From NCBI GenBank assembly GCA_963763575.1, contig CAVXPD010000011.1, positions 25,479 through 89,478 of the forward strand: a DNA stretch of 64,000 nucleotides, in the 5' to 3' direction. The first letter of the stretch is position 1, and each line of letters starts with the position of its first letter. Below, piece after piece: positions 55,982-64,000 of this stretch. The DNA comes from an uncultured Acidimicrobiaceae bacterium (lineage in GTDB: Bacteria > Actinomycetota > Acidimicrobiia > Acidimicrobiales > RAAP-2). The position numbers were made by a program, and so were the translations under genes. The notes under the pieces are model-generated. The model ran no database searches and was not told where the DNA came from. It worked only from the letters and a program-made list of their open reading frames with translations.

Positions 55982-56747
55982 GTGCAGCTGCGGCCGGCGC
56001 CGCCACCGCCCACACGGCGAGCACGACCCACGACTCGGCCGGGACGGCGGTGCCGCTGCCGAGTGTGGCGTGCAGCGCGGCCGAGAGCGCTTCGGCCGGG
56101 AGCAACTTCGCGAAGTCGGCGAGCCCGCTGCCCAGCTTGGAGATCGGGACGATCATGCCGCCCAGGAGAAGGAGCACCAGGTAGAGCCCGTTGGCGGCGG
56201 CGAGGTTGACCTCGGCGCGCAGCGTGCCCGCCATGAGGAGGCCGATGCCGGCGAAAGCGGCCGAGCCGAGCAGGATCGCGCCGATCGCCTCGGGGACCGC
56301 GACGGCGCCAGAGCCTCCCGGGTTCCAGCCGAGGCCGAGCCCGACCGGAAGCAGCACAGCTGCCTGGAGGAGCTCAACGGCGACGATCGTGACGATCTTG
56401 GCGCCGAGCAGCCGCGGGCGGCCGAGGGGCGTGGAGCCCAGACGCTTCAGCACGCCGTAGCCGCGCTCGAAGCCCGTCGCGATGCCGAGCGAGACCATGG
56501 CCGTGGACATGACCGCCAGCGAGAGGATGCCCGGCACGAAGAAGTCCGCCGGGTTCGCCGTCGGCGTCGAGACGACCGACACCTTGGAGAAGAAGAGGAG
56601 GAACACGACGGGGATGCCGAGGGTGAGGAGGAGGGTCTCCCCGCGGCGCAACGTCATGTAGATCTCGGCGCGGGTCTGGGCGGTGAGGGGCCGCAGCGCC
56701 CCCGCGTTCTGCGTGGCCGTGGTGCCGGGGACGGCCGTCTGGCTCAC
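55962..56747 (-). CDS. ABC-2-type transporter permease
   Basis: Six TM segments, ...FFVPGILSLAVMSTAMVSLGIATGFERGYGVLKRLGSTPL... Confidence 0.8.
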   Translation of the reverse strand: MSQTAVPGTTATQNAGALRPLTAQTRAEIYMTLRRGETLLLTLGIPVVFLLFFSKVSVVSTPTANPADFFVPGILSLAVMSTAMVSLGIATGFERGYGVLKRLGSTPLGRPRLLGAKIVTIVAVELLQAAVLLPVGLGLGWNPGGSGAVAVPEAIGAILLGSAAFAGIGLLMAGTLRAEVNLAAANGLYLVLLLLGGMIVPISKLGSGLADFAKLLPAEALSAALHATLGSGTAVPAESWVVLAVWAVAAPAAAALTFRWE

Positions 56748-57765
56748 GGACGGCTCCTCCGGGCGCGGCCCTGGCGGCGCCGGCCTCGCGCCGTGGCGCC
56801 GTCGTCGTCGTGCCGGTCACGCGCGTCGGCGGCCGCGGGGGACCCGACGGCGGCGAAGTAGACGTCCTCCAGCGTCTGGCCCACGACCAGGTCGGTGAGC
56901 GCCTCGCCCTGTTCGGCCAGGTACGTGGCGATCGCCGCGGTCACGGTGGGGCCGGGCGCCGGGGCTTCGACGCGGTAGCGGCCGGGCGCGGTCTCGGTAG
57001 CTGCCACCGCCGGGCCGAGCGCCGCGGCGAGGGCCACCGTGTCGAGGGACGGTGGCGCGCCGAACGTGACCGTGGTCGTGTCGGCGGGGGCACCGCCGCC
57101 CCGCTCGGTCAGCTCAGTCGGCGTCCCTTCGAGGACGATGCGGCCCGACGAGAGGATCACGATGCGGTCGGCCATGCGCTCGGCCTCGATGAGCTCGTGG
57201 GTGGTCATGAGCACGCAGACCCCGTTGTCCTTCAGGCCGGCCACGACCGCGCGGATCGCGATGCGCCCCTCCGGGTCGACGCCGGCCGTCGGCTCGTCGA
57301 GGAACGCGACCGCGGGGCGTCCGATCAACGCCAGAGCGAGCGAGAGGCGCTGCTGCTCACCGCCGGAGAGATGACGCCAGGGTGTGTGGGCGACGGACCG
57401 GAGGCCGGCCAGGTCCAGGAGCTCTGGTGTGGGCACCGGGTCGCCGTAGTAACCGGAGAAGAGGTCGAGCACGCGCTGGGGGCCGAGGATCGGGTAGACC
57501 CCGCCGCGCTGGAGCATCACGCCGATGCGGCCGCTCAGCGCCGCGTGATCCCGCGCGGGTCGAGGCCGAGGACCTCGACGTCGCCGGCCACAGGCCGGCG
57601 GTACCCCTCGAGCGTCTCGACCATGCTGGTCTTCCCGGCGCCGTTCGGGCCGAGCACGACGAGTACCTCGCCGGCCTCGGCCGAAAGGTCCACGCCGTCG
57701 ACCGCGGGCGCCGTCCCGGGCGGTCCGTAGCGCACGGTGAGGCCCGCGACCCGGACGGCTGGCAT
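56744..57765 (-). pseudogene. ABC transporter ATP-binding protein, reading frame broken near 57557 (frameshift or sequencing error)
   Basis: Walker A LGPNGAGKTS is in ORF 57535..57765. The signature LSGGEQQRL and Walker B AFLDEP are in ORF 56744..57520. The two join as ...VLGLDP/ARDHAALSGRIGVMLQ only after a 1-nt shift. Confidence 0.8.
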
Positions 57766-57792
57766 GGCGTCGCAGGCTACCGTGAGCAGGAA

Positions 57793-59097
57793 ATGATCGA
57801 CATCCAGCTCCTACGCGACGATCCCGACGCGGTCAAGGCTGCGCTGGCGCGGCGCGGCGTCGAGGCGTCCGAAGTCGACGCCATCGTCGAGGTCGACGCG
57901 GCGTGGCGCCGTCGTGTCAACGAGGCCGAGGCCAAGCGGGCAGAGGTCAAGGAGCTCTCCCGTCAGTTCCAGCAGGCCAAGAAGAACGGTGACGGCGCGC
58001 TGGCCACCGAGCTCCAGACGCGCAGCGGCGTGCTCGGAGACGAGGAGCGCGCGGTGGCGGCCGAGGCGGACGCCCTCGCCGAGCGGCGGCGGACCGGGCT
58101 GCTCTACCTGCCCAACATCCCGTCGGCGGAAGCCCCGGATGGGGTGGGCGAGGAGGACAACGTGGAGGTCCGCCGGTGGTGGCCGGGGCAGGACGCCGGG
58201 CGACCAGAGCCCCATCGCCAAGAGCACCAGGAGGTGCCGCACTGGGAGATCGGCGAGGCACTGCAGCTCCTCGACATGGAGCGCGGCGCGCGCCTGGCCG
58301 GCTCGATGTTCCCGCTCTACCGCGGTCCAGGCGCCCGCCTGTTGCGCGCGCTGACCGCGTTCGCCATCGACCGGCACTCGCCCGACTACGAGGAGATCCG
58401 CCCGCCGACAGTGGTGCTCACCGACACCATGGTCTCGACCGGCCACCTGCCGAAGTTCGCCGACGACGCCTACCATGTCGAGCGGGACGACCTGTGGCTC
58501 ATCCCGACGGCGGAGGTGCCGCTGACCTCCATGCACCGGGGCGAGATCCTCGAGGAGTCCCAACTGCCGCTGCGCTTCACCGCGTCGACGGCCTGCTACC
58601 GGCGCGAGGCCGGCTCGGCCGGGCGTGACACGCGGGGTCTGCTGCGCGTCCACGAGTTCGACAAGGTGGAGTTGTTCGCCTACGCCACGCCGGAGGGCGC
58701 GTTGTCGGCGCAGGCCGACATCTTGGAGCGGGCCGAAGCCATGCTGCAGGATCTGGAGCTGCGGTACCGGGTGCTCGACCTGTGCGCGGGTGATCTGGGT
58801 GGGTCGTCGGCGCGGACGTTCGACCTCGAGGTGTACTCACCCGGCGTCGACCGCTGGCTCGAGGTGTCCTCGGTGAGTTGGTTCCGCGACTACCAGGCCC
58901 GGCGCGCCAACGTGCGCTACCGGCCGGCCGCTGGTGGCGGGCCGCAGCTGGTGCACACGGTGAACGGGTCCGCGCTCGCCTGGCCCCGCATCTGGGCGGC
59001 GCTGATGGAGAACGGGCGGCAGACCGACGGCACCGTGATGCTGCCCGACTGCCTGGCGCCCTACCTCGGTGGCGAGCTGCTGATCAAGGCGCCGTGA
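57793..59097 (+). CDS. serS: Seryl-tRNA synthetase
   Basis: MIDIQLLRDDPDAVKAAL..., ...TAEVPLTSMH..., ...YRREAGSAGRDTRGLLRVHEFDKVE..., ...NGSALAWPR... The track ORF extends upstream to 57382. Confidence 0.95.
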   Translation: MIDIQLLRDDPDAVKAALARRGVEASEVDAIVEVDAAWRRRVNEAEAKRAEVKELSRQFQQAKKNGDGALATELQTRSGVLGDEERAVAAEADALAERRRTGLLYLPNIPSAEAPDGVGEEDNVEVRRWWPGQDAGRPEPHRQEHQEVPHWEIGEALQLLDMERGARLAGSMFPLYRGPGARLLRALTAFAIDRHSPDYEEIRPPTVVLTDTMVSTGHLPKFADDAYHVERDDLWLIPTAEVPLTSMHRGEILEESQLPLRFTASTACYRREAGSAGRDTRGLLRVHEFDKVELFAYATPEGALSAQADILERAEAMLQDLELRYRVLDLCAGDLGGSSARTFDLEVYSPGVDRWLEVSSVSWFRDYQARRANVRYRPAAGGGPQLVHTVNGSALAWPRIWAALMENGRQTDGTVMLPDCLAPYLGGELLIKAP

Positions 59098-59819
59098 CCG
59101 AGCTCACCTTCCTCGGGACCGGGAACTACCTGGCCCCGCCCGGCCGCTACTGGAACAGTTTCGTCCTGGGCGACAACGTCCTGGTGGAGCCGAGCCCCAC
59201 CTCGCTCCCGCATCTGCGCCGCTGCGGGTTCTCCGTCGACGCCGTCGACGTTGTGGTGATCTCGCACTTCCACGCCGACCACTGCTTCGGCTGGCCGTTC
59301 CTGCTGGAGGCCCTCGCCGAGGCCGGGGGCCGGCGCACCGTGCACGTCGTCGGGCCGCCCGGCCTCGAGGCGCACCTGGCCGGAATCATGGCCGTCGGCG
59401 CCGTGCGCGGCGTGCTCGACACGGCACACGCCCGCCTCGACCTCCGCTACATCGAGGTCGACGAGACCTGGCAGCAGGCCGGGCCGCTGCGCTTCCGGGC
59501 GGTCGAGGTCGAGCACGTGCCGTACCTCCGCTGTTTCGGGTACCTGTTCGACCGGGGCGGGCAGACGGTCGCCTACAGCGGAGACGTGCGGCCCTGCGAG
59601 GGCCTGCACGAGCTGGCGCGCTGGGCCGACGTCCTGGTGCTCGAGTGCAACGGCGCCCATGACGGTCCCCCCTCCCACATGGACGAGGCGGCCGTGCGAG
59701 CCCTCCAGGCGGCCCACCCCGGCACGCGCCTCGTGCTCACGCATCTCGGCGAGCAGGTGGACACGACCTCAATGCCCGGGGTGACGATCCCCGACGACTT
59801 CGATCGGCTCACCGTCTGA
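59094..59819 (+). CDS. MBL-fold metallo-hydrolase
   Basis: VTELTFLGTG...VVISHFHADHCFG... GTGA overlap with the serS stop. The track ORF extends upstream to 58878. Confidence 0.8.
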   Translation: MTELTFLGTGNYLAPPGRYWNSFVLGDNVLVEPSPTSLPHLRRCGFSVDAVDVVVISHFHADHCFGWPFLLEALAEAGGRRTVHVVGPPGLEAHLAGIMAVGAVRGVLDTAHARLDLRYIEVDETWQQAGPLRFRAVEVEHVPYLRCFGYLFDRGGQTVAYSGDVRPCEGLHELARWADVLVLECNGAHDGPPSHMDEAAVRALQAAHPGTRLVLTHLGEQVDTTSMPGVTIPDDFDRLTV

Positions 59820-59885
59820 GTCTTCGGCAGGTGGCCGGGCCCTCCCGAACCCGGCAGTCCCGTTGAACTGCTTACGAGCACAATC

Positions 59886-59912
59886 GTGCGCCCGCGTGCG
59901 CCCGCGTGCGCC
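59886..59912. repeat. 10-bp microsatellite (GTGCGCCCGC x 2.7)
   Basis: Read directly in the convergent intergenic spacer. Confidence 0.8.
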
Positions 59913-60086
59913 AACGCATCGAGGAGATGTATGTGTCGTGCCTCTTGCCGTATCTCGTCGTTTCGACAAGAGGTGCTGCGTATAGACATCGGCTAGACGG
60001 CCAACGAGGCCCCGCAAATGTGCCTTCCGAAAGGGGTACCAGGTCGTTTGGACGGCGCAGTCGGCCGGCCGCCCCCGGTCGTTCGT

Positions 60087-60854
60087 TCAGTTCGCCGCCG
60101 CGAACCGGTACCCCACCCCGCGCACCGTCGTGATGAGCACCGGCACGGCAGGGTCGGCCTCGATCCGCGAACGCAGTCGCTTGATGTGCACGTCGAGCGT
60201 CTTCGTGTCCCCGATGTAGTCAGTCCCCCACACGCGGTCGATCAGCACGTCGCGGGTCAGGACCCGGCCTGAGTTCTCCACCAGCAGGCGCAGCAGCTCG
60301 AACTCCTTGCGCCGGAGGTGCACCTCCTCGCCGCGCACGAACACGCGCCGCTGGTCGAAGTCCACCTTGATCCCGTTGGACTCCCAGATGCCGTCGTTGC
60401 CGAACTCCAGGTGGCCGGAGTCGGAGGCCTCGGGCCCGCCGGGCGAGCGCCGCAGCACGGCGCGCATGCGCGCGACCAGCTCACGCAGGCGATAGGGCTT
60501 GGTGACGTAGTCGTCGGCGCCGACCTCGAGTGCGACGACCGTGTCGATCTCGGTGCCCTTGGCCGTCACCATGATGATCGGCACCTGCGAGCGCGCACGG
60601 ATGGTGCGGCACACGTCGATACCGGACATCTTCGGCAGCATCAGGTCGAGCAACATGAGGTCGGGCGCGGTCTCGTCGAACAGCGCCAGGGCTTCTAGTC
60701 CGTCGCGGGCGACGGTCACCCGGAAGCCCTCGTTGTTCAGCCCGATGACCAGTGCCTCGATGAACGACTCCTCGTCCTCGGCCAGCAGGACCTTGATCGG
60801 GCCGTCGCCCGGTGCCGATCGCGCGCTCTTCTTGCTCTTGATCGCCTTGCTCAC
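60087..60854 (-). CDS. regX3: OmpR/PhoB-family response regulator, RegX3-like
   Basis: KVLLAEDEESFIEAL...LMLLDLMLPKMSGIDVCRTIRARSQVPIIMVTAKG...GADDYVTKPY plus a winged-helix C-terminus ...TVRGVGYRF. GTGA overlap with the kinase stop. Confidence 0.85.
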   Translation of the reverse strand: MSKAIKSKKSARSAPGDGPIKVLLAEDEESFIEALVIGLNNEGFRVTVARDGLEALALFDETAPDLMLLDLMLPKMSGIDVCRTIRARSQVPIIMVTAKGTEIDTVVALEVGADDYVTKPYRLRELVARMRAVLRRSPGGPEASDSGHLEFGNDGIWESNGIKVDFDQRRVFVRGEEVHLRRKEFELLRLLVENSGRVLTRDVLIDRVWGTDYIGDTKTLDVHIKRLRSRIEADPAVPVLITTVRGVGYRFAAAN

Positions 60855-62425
60855 GCGATCCGCTCCGCCTGGATCGGGAGCACGAGCGTGAACGTAGAGC
60901 CCTCGCCCTCGCGCGACTCGACGTCGACCCAACCCTGGTGGTTGTTGGCGACGTGGCGCACGATGGAGAGGCCGAGGCCGGTCCCGCCCGTGTCACGGCT
61001 GCGGCCGTGGTCGACGCGGTAGAAGCGCTCGAAGATGCGGTCGAGGTCGCGGGCCGGGATACCGACGCCGTGGTCCTGCACCGAGAGCCGGACGTTGTCG
61101 CGTTCTTCGATGCGCCAGTTGGGGAAGCCGGCCGAGGTCGTCTCCGCCGCGCCCGTCGCGGCGGCGTCACCCTTCTCCGCCTCGTGGGCGGCCGGCGGCG
61201 CGGTGCTGCCCGTGGCCGGCGCGGCGAGCGCGTCGTCTTCGTCGGGCGTGTACTGCTCGAGGATCTCGGGGGTGAACACCGGTTCGATGGGCCCGTCCGG
61301 CTTCTCGGCCTTGGCCGGGGTCGCATCGACCGATGGCGTCTCGCCGGTCGGCGGGTCGGGCTCGTCGCGGCCGGGCGTGCCGACGGCGGCGACGGCCGGG
61401 TGCTCCAGGTTGGGGTTCGAACGCTCGACGGTTCCGGTCACGACGACCTTCGAGTTGTCGTACGAGTAGGTGACGGCGTTCTCGAGCAGGGCATGCATGG
61501 CCGAGACGAGTTGCCGGCGGTCGCCGAGGATGGCGACCGGGGGGGACGGCTCGTGCAGCACGATCTCGATGCCGCGCTGGTCCGCCGCGGCCCGCACCCG
61601 CTCGATGGCGTCGGCCATGACCAGGTTGACGAGCACCGGCTCGCGTGGTGGGGCCTCCTCTGACTCGATGCGCGAGAGGTCGAGCAGGTCGTCGATGATC
61701 CGGCTCACGCGGAACGCCTCGTTGTGGATCCGGCCCGCCAGGCGCTGGGCGACCTGGGGGTCGGGCTCGGACACCAGCGTCTCGGCGAGCAGTCCGAGCG
61801 CGCCCATCGGCGTCTTGAGCTCGTGGCTGACGTTGGCCACGAAATCGCGGCGGATCTCCTCGAGCCGGCGACGTTCCGAGACGTCCTCGATGAGGGCGAT
61901 GACCCCGAGCGGCCGGCGACCGTCGTCGATCTGGTAGGCGCGCACCTGGAGCGTGCGCCGCGGCGGGCCGTAGAGGTCGAGCGTGCGCTCGGCCGAGCCC
62001 TCGTGCCAGGCGTCTTCCAACACCTCGGTGACCGCCTGCGCGGCCAGGGCGTCGCCGTGCCGGCTGACCATGAGCGCGTTGGCCCGCCCGTTGCGGTAGA
62101 TCACGGTGCCGTTCTCGTCGCAGAGGACGACGCCCTGGGTGAGGGTGTCGAGGGAGCGCCGCAGGCGGATCGCGTCGGAACTCGACTCGGTCACGGCCTG
62201 GGCGGCGCCGCCGGTCACCTGCTCGAGATAGGAGAGGGAGGTCTCGATGTTGTACTCGTCCTCGGGCGGGTCGAGCCCGAGTCGGGTGCCCAGGGCGGAC
62301 AAGCGCTGGGAGATGGCCCGGCGCCCCGAGCGCCTCCCCATCAGGGCGGCGACGAATCCGACCAGCACACAGAGGGCGACGGCGATGACGAGGAAGGCGA
62401 TCTCCTGGGCCTGGCTGAGGTTCAC
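60851..62425 (-). CDS. senX3: Sensor histidine kinase, SenX3-like (TM anchor, PAS-like domain, HisKA, HATPase with a large insertion)
   Basis: H-box FVANVSHELKTPMGAL, N-box LLENAVTYS, G-boxes VQDHGVGIP and GGTGLGLSIV. Start uncertain (GTG 62425; maximal ORF reaches 62698). Confidence 0.8.
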   Translation of the reverse strand: MNLSQAQEIAFLVIAVALCVLVGFVAALMGRRSGRRAISQRLSALGTRLGLDPPEDEYNIETSLSYLEQVTGGAAQAVTESSSDAIRLRRSLDTLTQGVVLCDENGTVIYRNGRANALMVSRHGDALAAQAVTEVLEDAWHEGSAERTLDLYGPPRRTLQVRAYQIDDGRRPLGVIALIEDVSERRRLEEIRRDFVANVSHELKTPMGALGLLAETLVSEPDPQVAQRLAGRIHNEAFRVSRIIDDLLDLSRIESEEAPPREPVLVNLVMADAIERVRAAADQRGIEIVLHEPSPPVAILGDRRQLVSAMHALLENAVTYSYDNSKVVVTGTVERSNPNLEHPAVAAVGTPGRDEPDPPTGETPSVDATPAKAEKPDGPIEPVFTPEILEQYTPDEDDALAAPATGSTAPPAAHEAEKGDAAATGAAETTSAGFPNWRIEERDNVRLSVQDHGVGIPARDLDRIFERFYRVDHGRSRDTGGTGLGLSIVRHVANNHQGWVDVESREGEGSTFTLVLPIQAERIA

Positions 62426-62700
62426 GTCACCCGGCGTACTCAACGGCACGCCCCCAATATGACAGGGCCGGGACCCGGGCTGCGAACGTTCAGGTCCGCC
62501 GCCGCCCGCGCTGACACCCTGGTTTCGTACCACCCGCTCCGACGCTCGGTTCCCTGTGTGACCTGGGCGACCTCGTACACAGCGCATTGCCTCCCGCGCC
62601 CGCGGCAAGGCCGGTCGAGAAACGACGCCGACGGGCCAACCGTTCTGCGGCGAACGGCGGGCCGGAGCGTCCGGCGCCGCAGAAGAGACTGGGGACACCC

Positions 62701-62994
62701 ATGGTCGTGTGGCATCTGGCGGATGTCTCGCTGAACCCGAGCGTCAACGCGTTGCCCGGTGGTGGGACGCTGCAGGACCTCACGAACGGCCTCGGTGCCT
62801 GGGCGCTCATCGCGTCGCTGGCCGGGTTGCTCATCGGCGCCGCGGCCTGGGCCCTCGGGGTGCACTCGCAGAACTTCCAACAGACGATGGTCGGGCGGCG
62901 GGCGGTGCTCGTGTCGGGCCTTGCGGCGCTCCTCATCGGTGCCGCCCCGCCGGTGATCAACTTCTTCTTCCACACCGGCACGAACCTCCACTGA
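62701..62994 (+). CDS. Small two-TM protein resembling actinobacterial TrbC/VirB2-like (DUF6112-type) T4SS components
   Basis: ...NPSVNALPGGGTLQDLTNGLGAWALIASLAGLLIGAAAWALGVHSQN...GRRAVLVSGLAALLIGAAPPVINFFF. ATG with GGGGA upstream. Maximal ORF starts at 62587. Confidence 0.55.
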   Translation: MVVWHLADVSLNPSVNALPGGGTLQDLTNGLGAWALIASLAGLLIGAAAWALGVHSQNFQQTMVGRRAVLVSGLAALLIGAAPPVINFFFHTGTNLH

Positions 62995-63015
62995 GTCATA
63001 CCGGTCCGCGTCGCC

Positions 63016-64000
63016 ATGCTCGCCGCCGGCTGCACCGGCCTCGAGGCCCTGAACCCGGTCTGCCAGATCGGCGGCCTGGGCGGTTCGCTCGCCGCGTCGG
63101 GCTTCGAAACCGTCCTCGACTCCATCAGCCAGTGGGTGGCGAGCGGCGCCGAGTGGCTGCTCGCCCAGATCGGCGACGTCCTGGTGTCGACGACGACCGT
63201 CGACGTGGGTGCCACCTGGTTCCGCGCCCACTACGGGCAGATGACGGCGCTGGCGGGCGTGGTCATCCTCCCGATGCTGCTCCTCTCGACCGTGCAGGCG
63301 ATCGTTCGCCAAGACCCGACGCAGCTCGTTCGCACGTTCCTCCTGCGGCTTCCCCTGGCCCTCGTGCTGGCCGTCGTGGCGATCCAGATCGTGATCATGG
63401 GCCTGTCCGTCACCGACGAGATGAGCAACGCGGTCGCCGGTGGTTCGGGCGCGGACGTCGCGTCCCTCTTGTCCGGCGTGACCAAGGGCCTCGTGGCCGC
63501 GGCCGCCGACCCGACGATCGCCAGCTTCGTGCTCCTGTTGATCGCGCTGCTCATCGCGGTGGCGGCGTTCGTACTCTGGCTCGAGCTGCTGATCCGGGCG
63601 GCGGCGGTCTACGTCGCGGCGCTCTTCTTGCCGCTTGCGTTGGCGACACTGGTCTGGCCGGCTGTCTCCCACTGGTGCCGGCGACTGGTCGAGACGCTGG
63701 CGGCCCTCATCTTGTCCAAGTTCGTCATCGTGGCCACGTTGAGCCTGGCGGCGGGGGCCGTCTCGTCGGGGACCGCGGGCACCGGTTCGCACGGCTCGGG
63801 ATTCTCGGCCGTCCTCGCGGGTGGCGCGCTTCTCCTCATGGCCACCTTCACCCCGTTTGCCATCCTCCGCCTCATCCCCGCCGTGGAGTCGGGCGCCGTC
63901 GGGCATCTGGAGGGCCTGCGCCAGCGTGGCACCGCCGCGCTGACGCAGCTGCCCCGCAGCGCGGCGAACCACGTGCTCCACGAAGGCCTCGGGGCCCTCG
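63016..64000 (+). CDS. TrbL/VirB6-like polytopic membrane protein (partial, runs off the right edge)
   Basis: Hand translation is open from ATG 63016 to the window end: MLAAGCTGLEALNPVCQIGG...WFRAHYGQMTALAGVVILPMLLL...AAVYVAALFLPLALATLVWPAVSHWCRRLVETLAALILSKFVIVATLSLA... It is absent from the track because no stop is present. Confidence 0.6.
   Translation, partial: MLAAGCTGLEALNPVCQIGGLGGSLAASGFETVLDSISQWVASGAEWLLAQIGDVLVSTTTVDVGATWFRAHYGQMTALAGVVILPMLLLSTVQAIVRQDPTQLVRTFLLRLPLALVLAVVAIQIVIMGLSVTDEMSNAVAGGSGADVASLLSGVTKGLVAAAADPTIASFVLLLIALLIAVAAFVLWLELLIRAAAVYVAALFLPLALATLVWPAVSHWCRRLVETLAALILSKFVIVATLSLAAGAVSSGTAGTGSHGSGFSAVLAGGALLLMATFTPFAILRLIPAVESGAVGHLEGLRQRGTAALTQLPRSAANHVLHEGLGAL

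Noticed and set aside
62440-63981. 513-aa minus-strand ORF at the right edge
   Set aside because: Extremely Arg/Glu/Asp/His-rich with no hydrophobic core. The plus strand encodes convincing membrane proteins (TrbC-like, TrbL-like).

Overview
High-GC window that looks like an Actinomycetota chromosome (possibly Acidimicrobiia-like; the taxon is inference). All calls come from reading the ORF-track translations and the sequence by eye, with no database searches. Many long ORFs in the track are shadow frames typical of GC-rich DNA and were discarded.

Gene content, left to right:
1. 1-7676 (-): a giant cell-surface protein gene. It has a DMFase-beta-like N-terminal domain, DUF4082 and FN3 modules, and at least 3.9 near-identical 819-bp in-frame tandem repeats that run off the left edge. 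Its frame is broken twice.
2. 7.8-23.2 kb: a Wzx/Wzy-type surface-glycan locus. It holds a Gfo/Idh/MocA oxidoreductase (frameshifted), a methyltransferase, a flippase, GT2/GT1/WecB-TagA transferases, a Wzy/O-antigen-ligase-like protein, a Wzz-like protein, a Cys-rich secreted protein, an orphan ECF sigma factor and a priming phosphoglycosyl transferase.
3. 23.5-29 kb: a HIT-like protein, two kinase-less LuxR-type regulators with atypical receivers, an MFS-MerR pair and a TfoX-N-like gene.
4. 29-41.1 kb: a 13-gene aa3-type cytochrome oxidase and copper-delivery cluster. It contains TlpA, SCO, two CtaG paralogs, ctaC/D/E, an unlisted 47-aa membrane ORF, a CoxII-like cupredoxin with a degenerate CuA site, a BNR/Ycf48-like lipoprotein and a polytopic-membrane-SCO fusion.
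5. 41.3-53.3 kb: an accessory block with FUSC, GH5, TIGR03118, a DUF4331 three-gene module whose only export signal is on a small upstream Tat-signal protein, PAS-MBL, TetR-MFS and tRNA-Glu.
6. 53.3-59.8 kb: ctaA/ctaB, a second TlpA, an ABC-2 exporter (ATPase frameshifted), serS and an MBL hydrolase.
7. 60-62.4 kb: a senX3/regX3-like two-component pair. The kinase carries a roughly 100-aa low-complexity insertion in its ATPase domain.
8. 62.7 kb to the right edge: the start of an actinobacterial T4SS-like locus (VirB2/TrbC-like and TrbL/VirB6-like).

The best candidates for something undescribed are the oxidase/copper accessory genes, the DUF4331 module, the repeat array and the T4SS-like edge. 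Four single-base frameshifts in otherwise intact genes suggest assembly indel errors as readily as pseudogenes.
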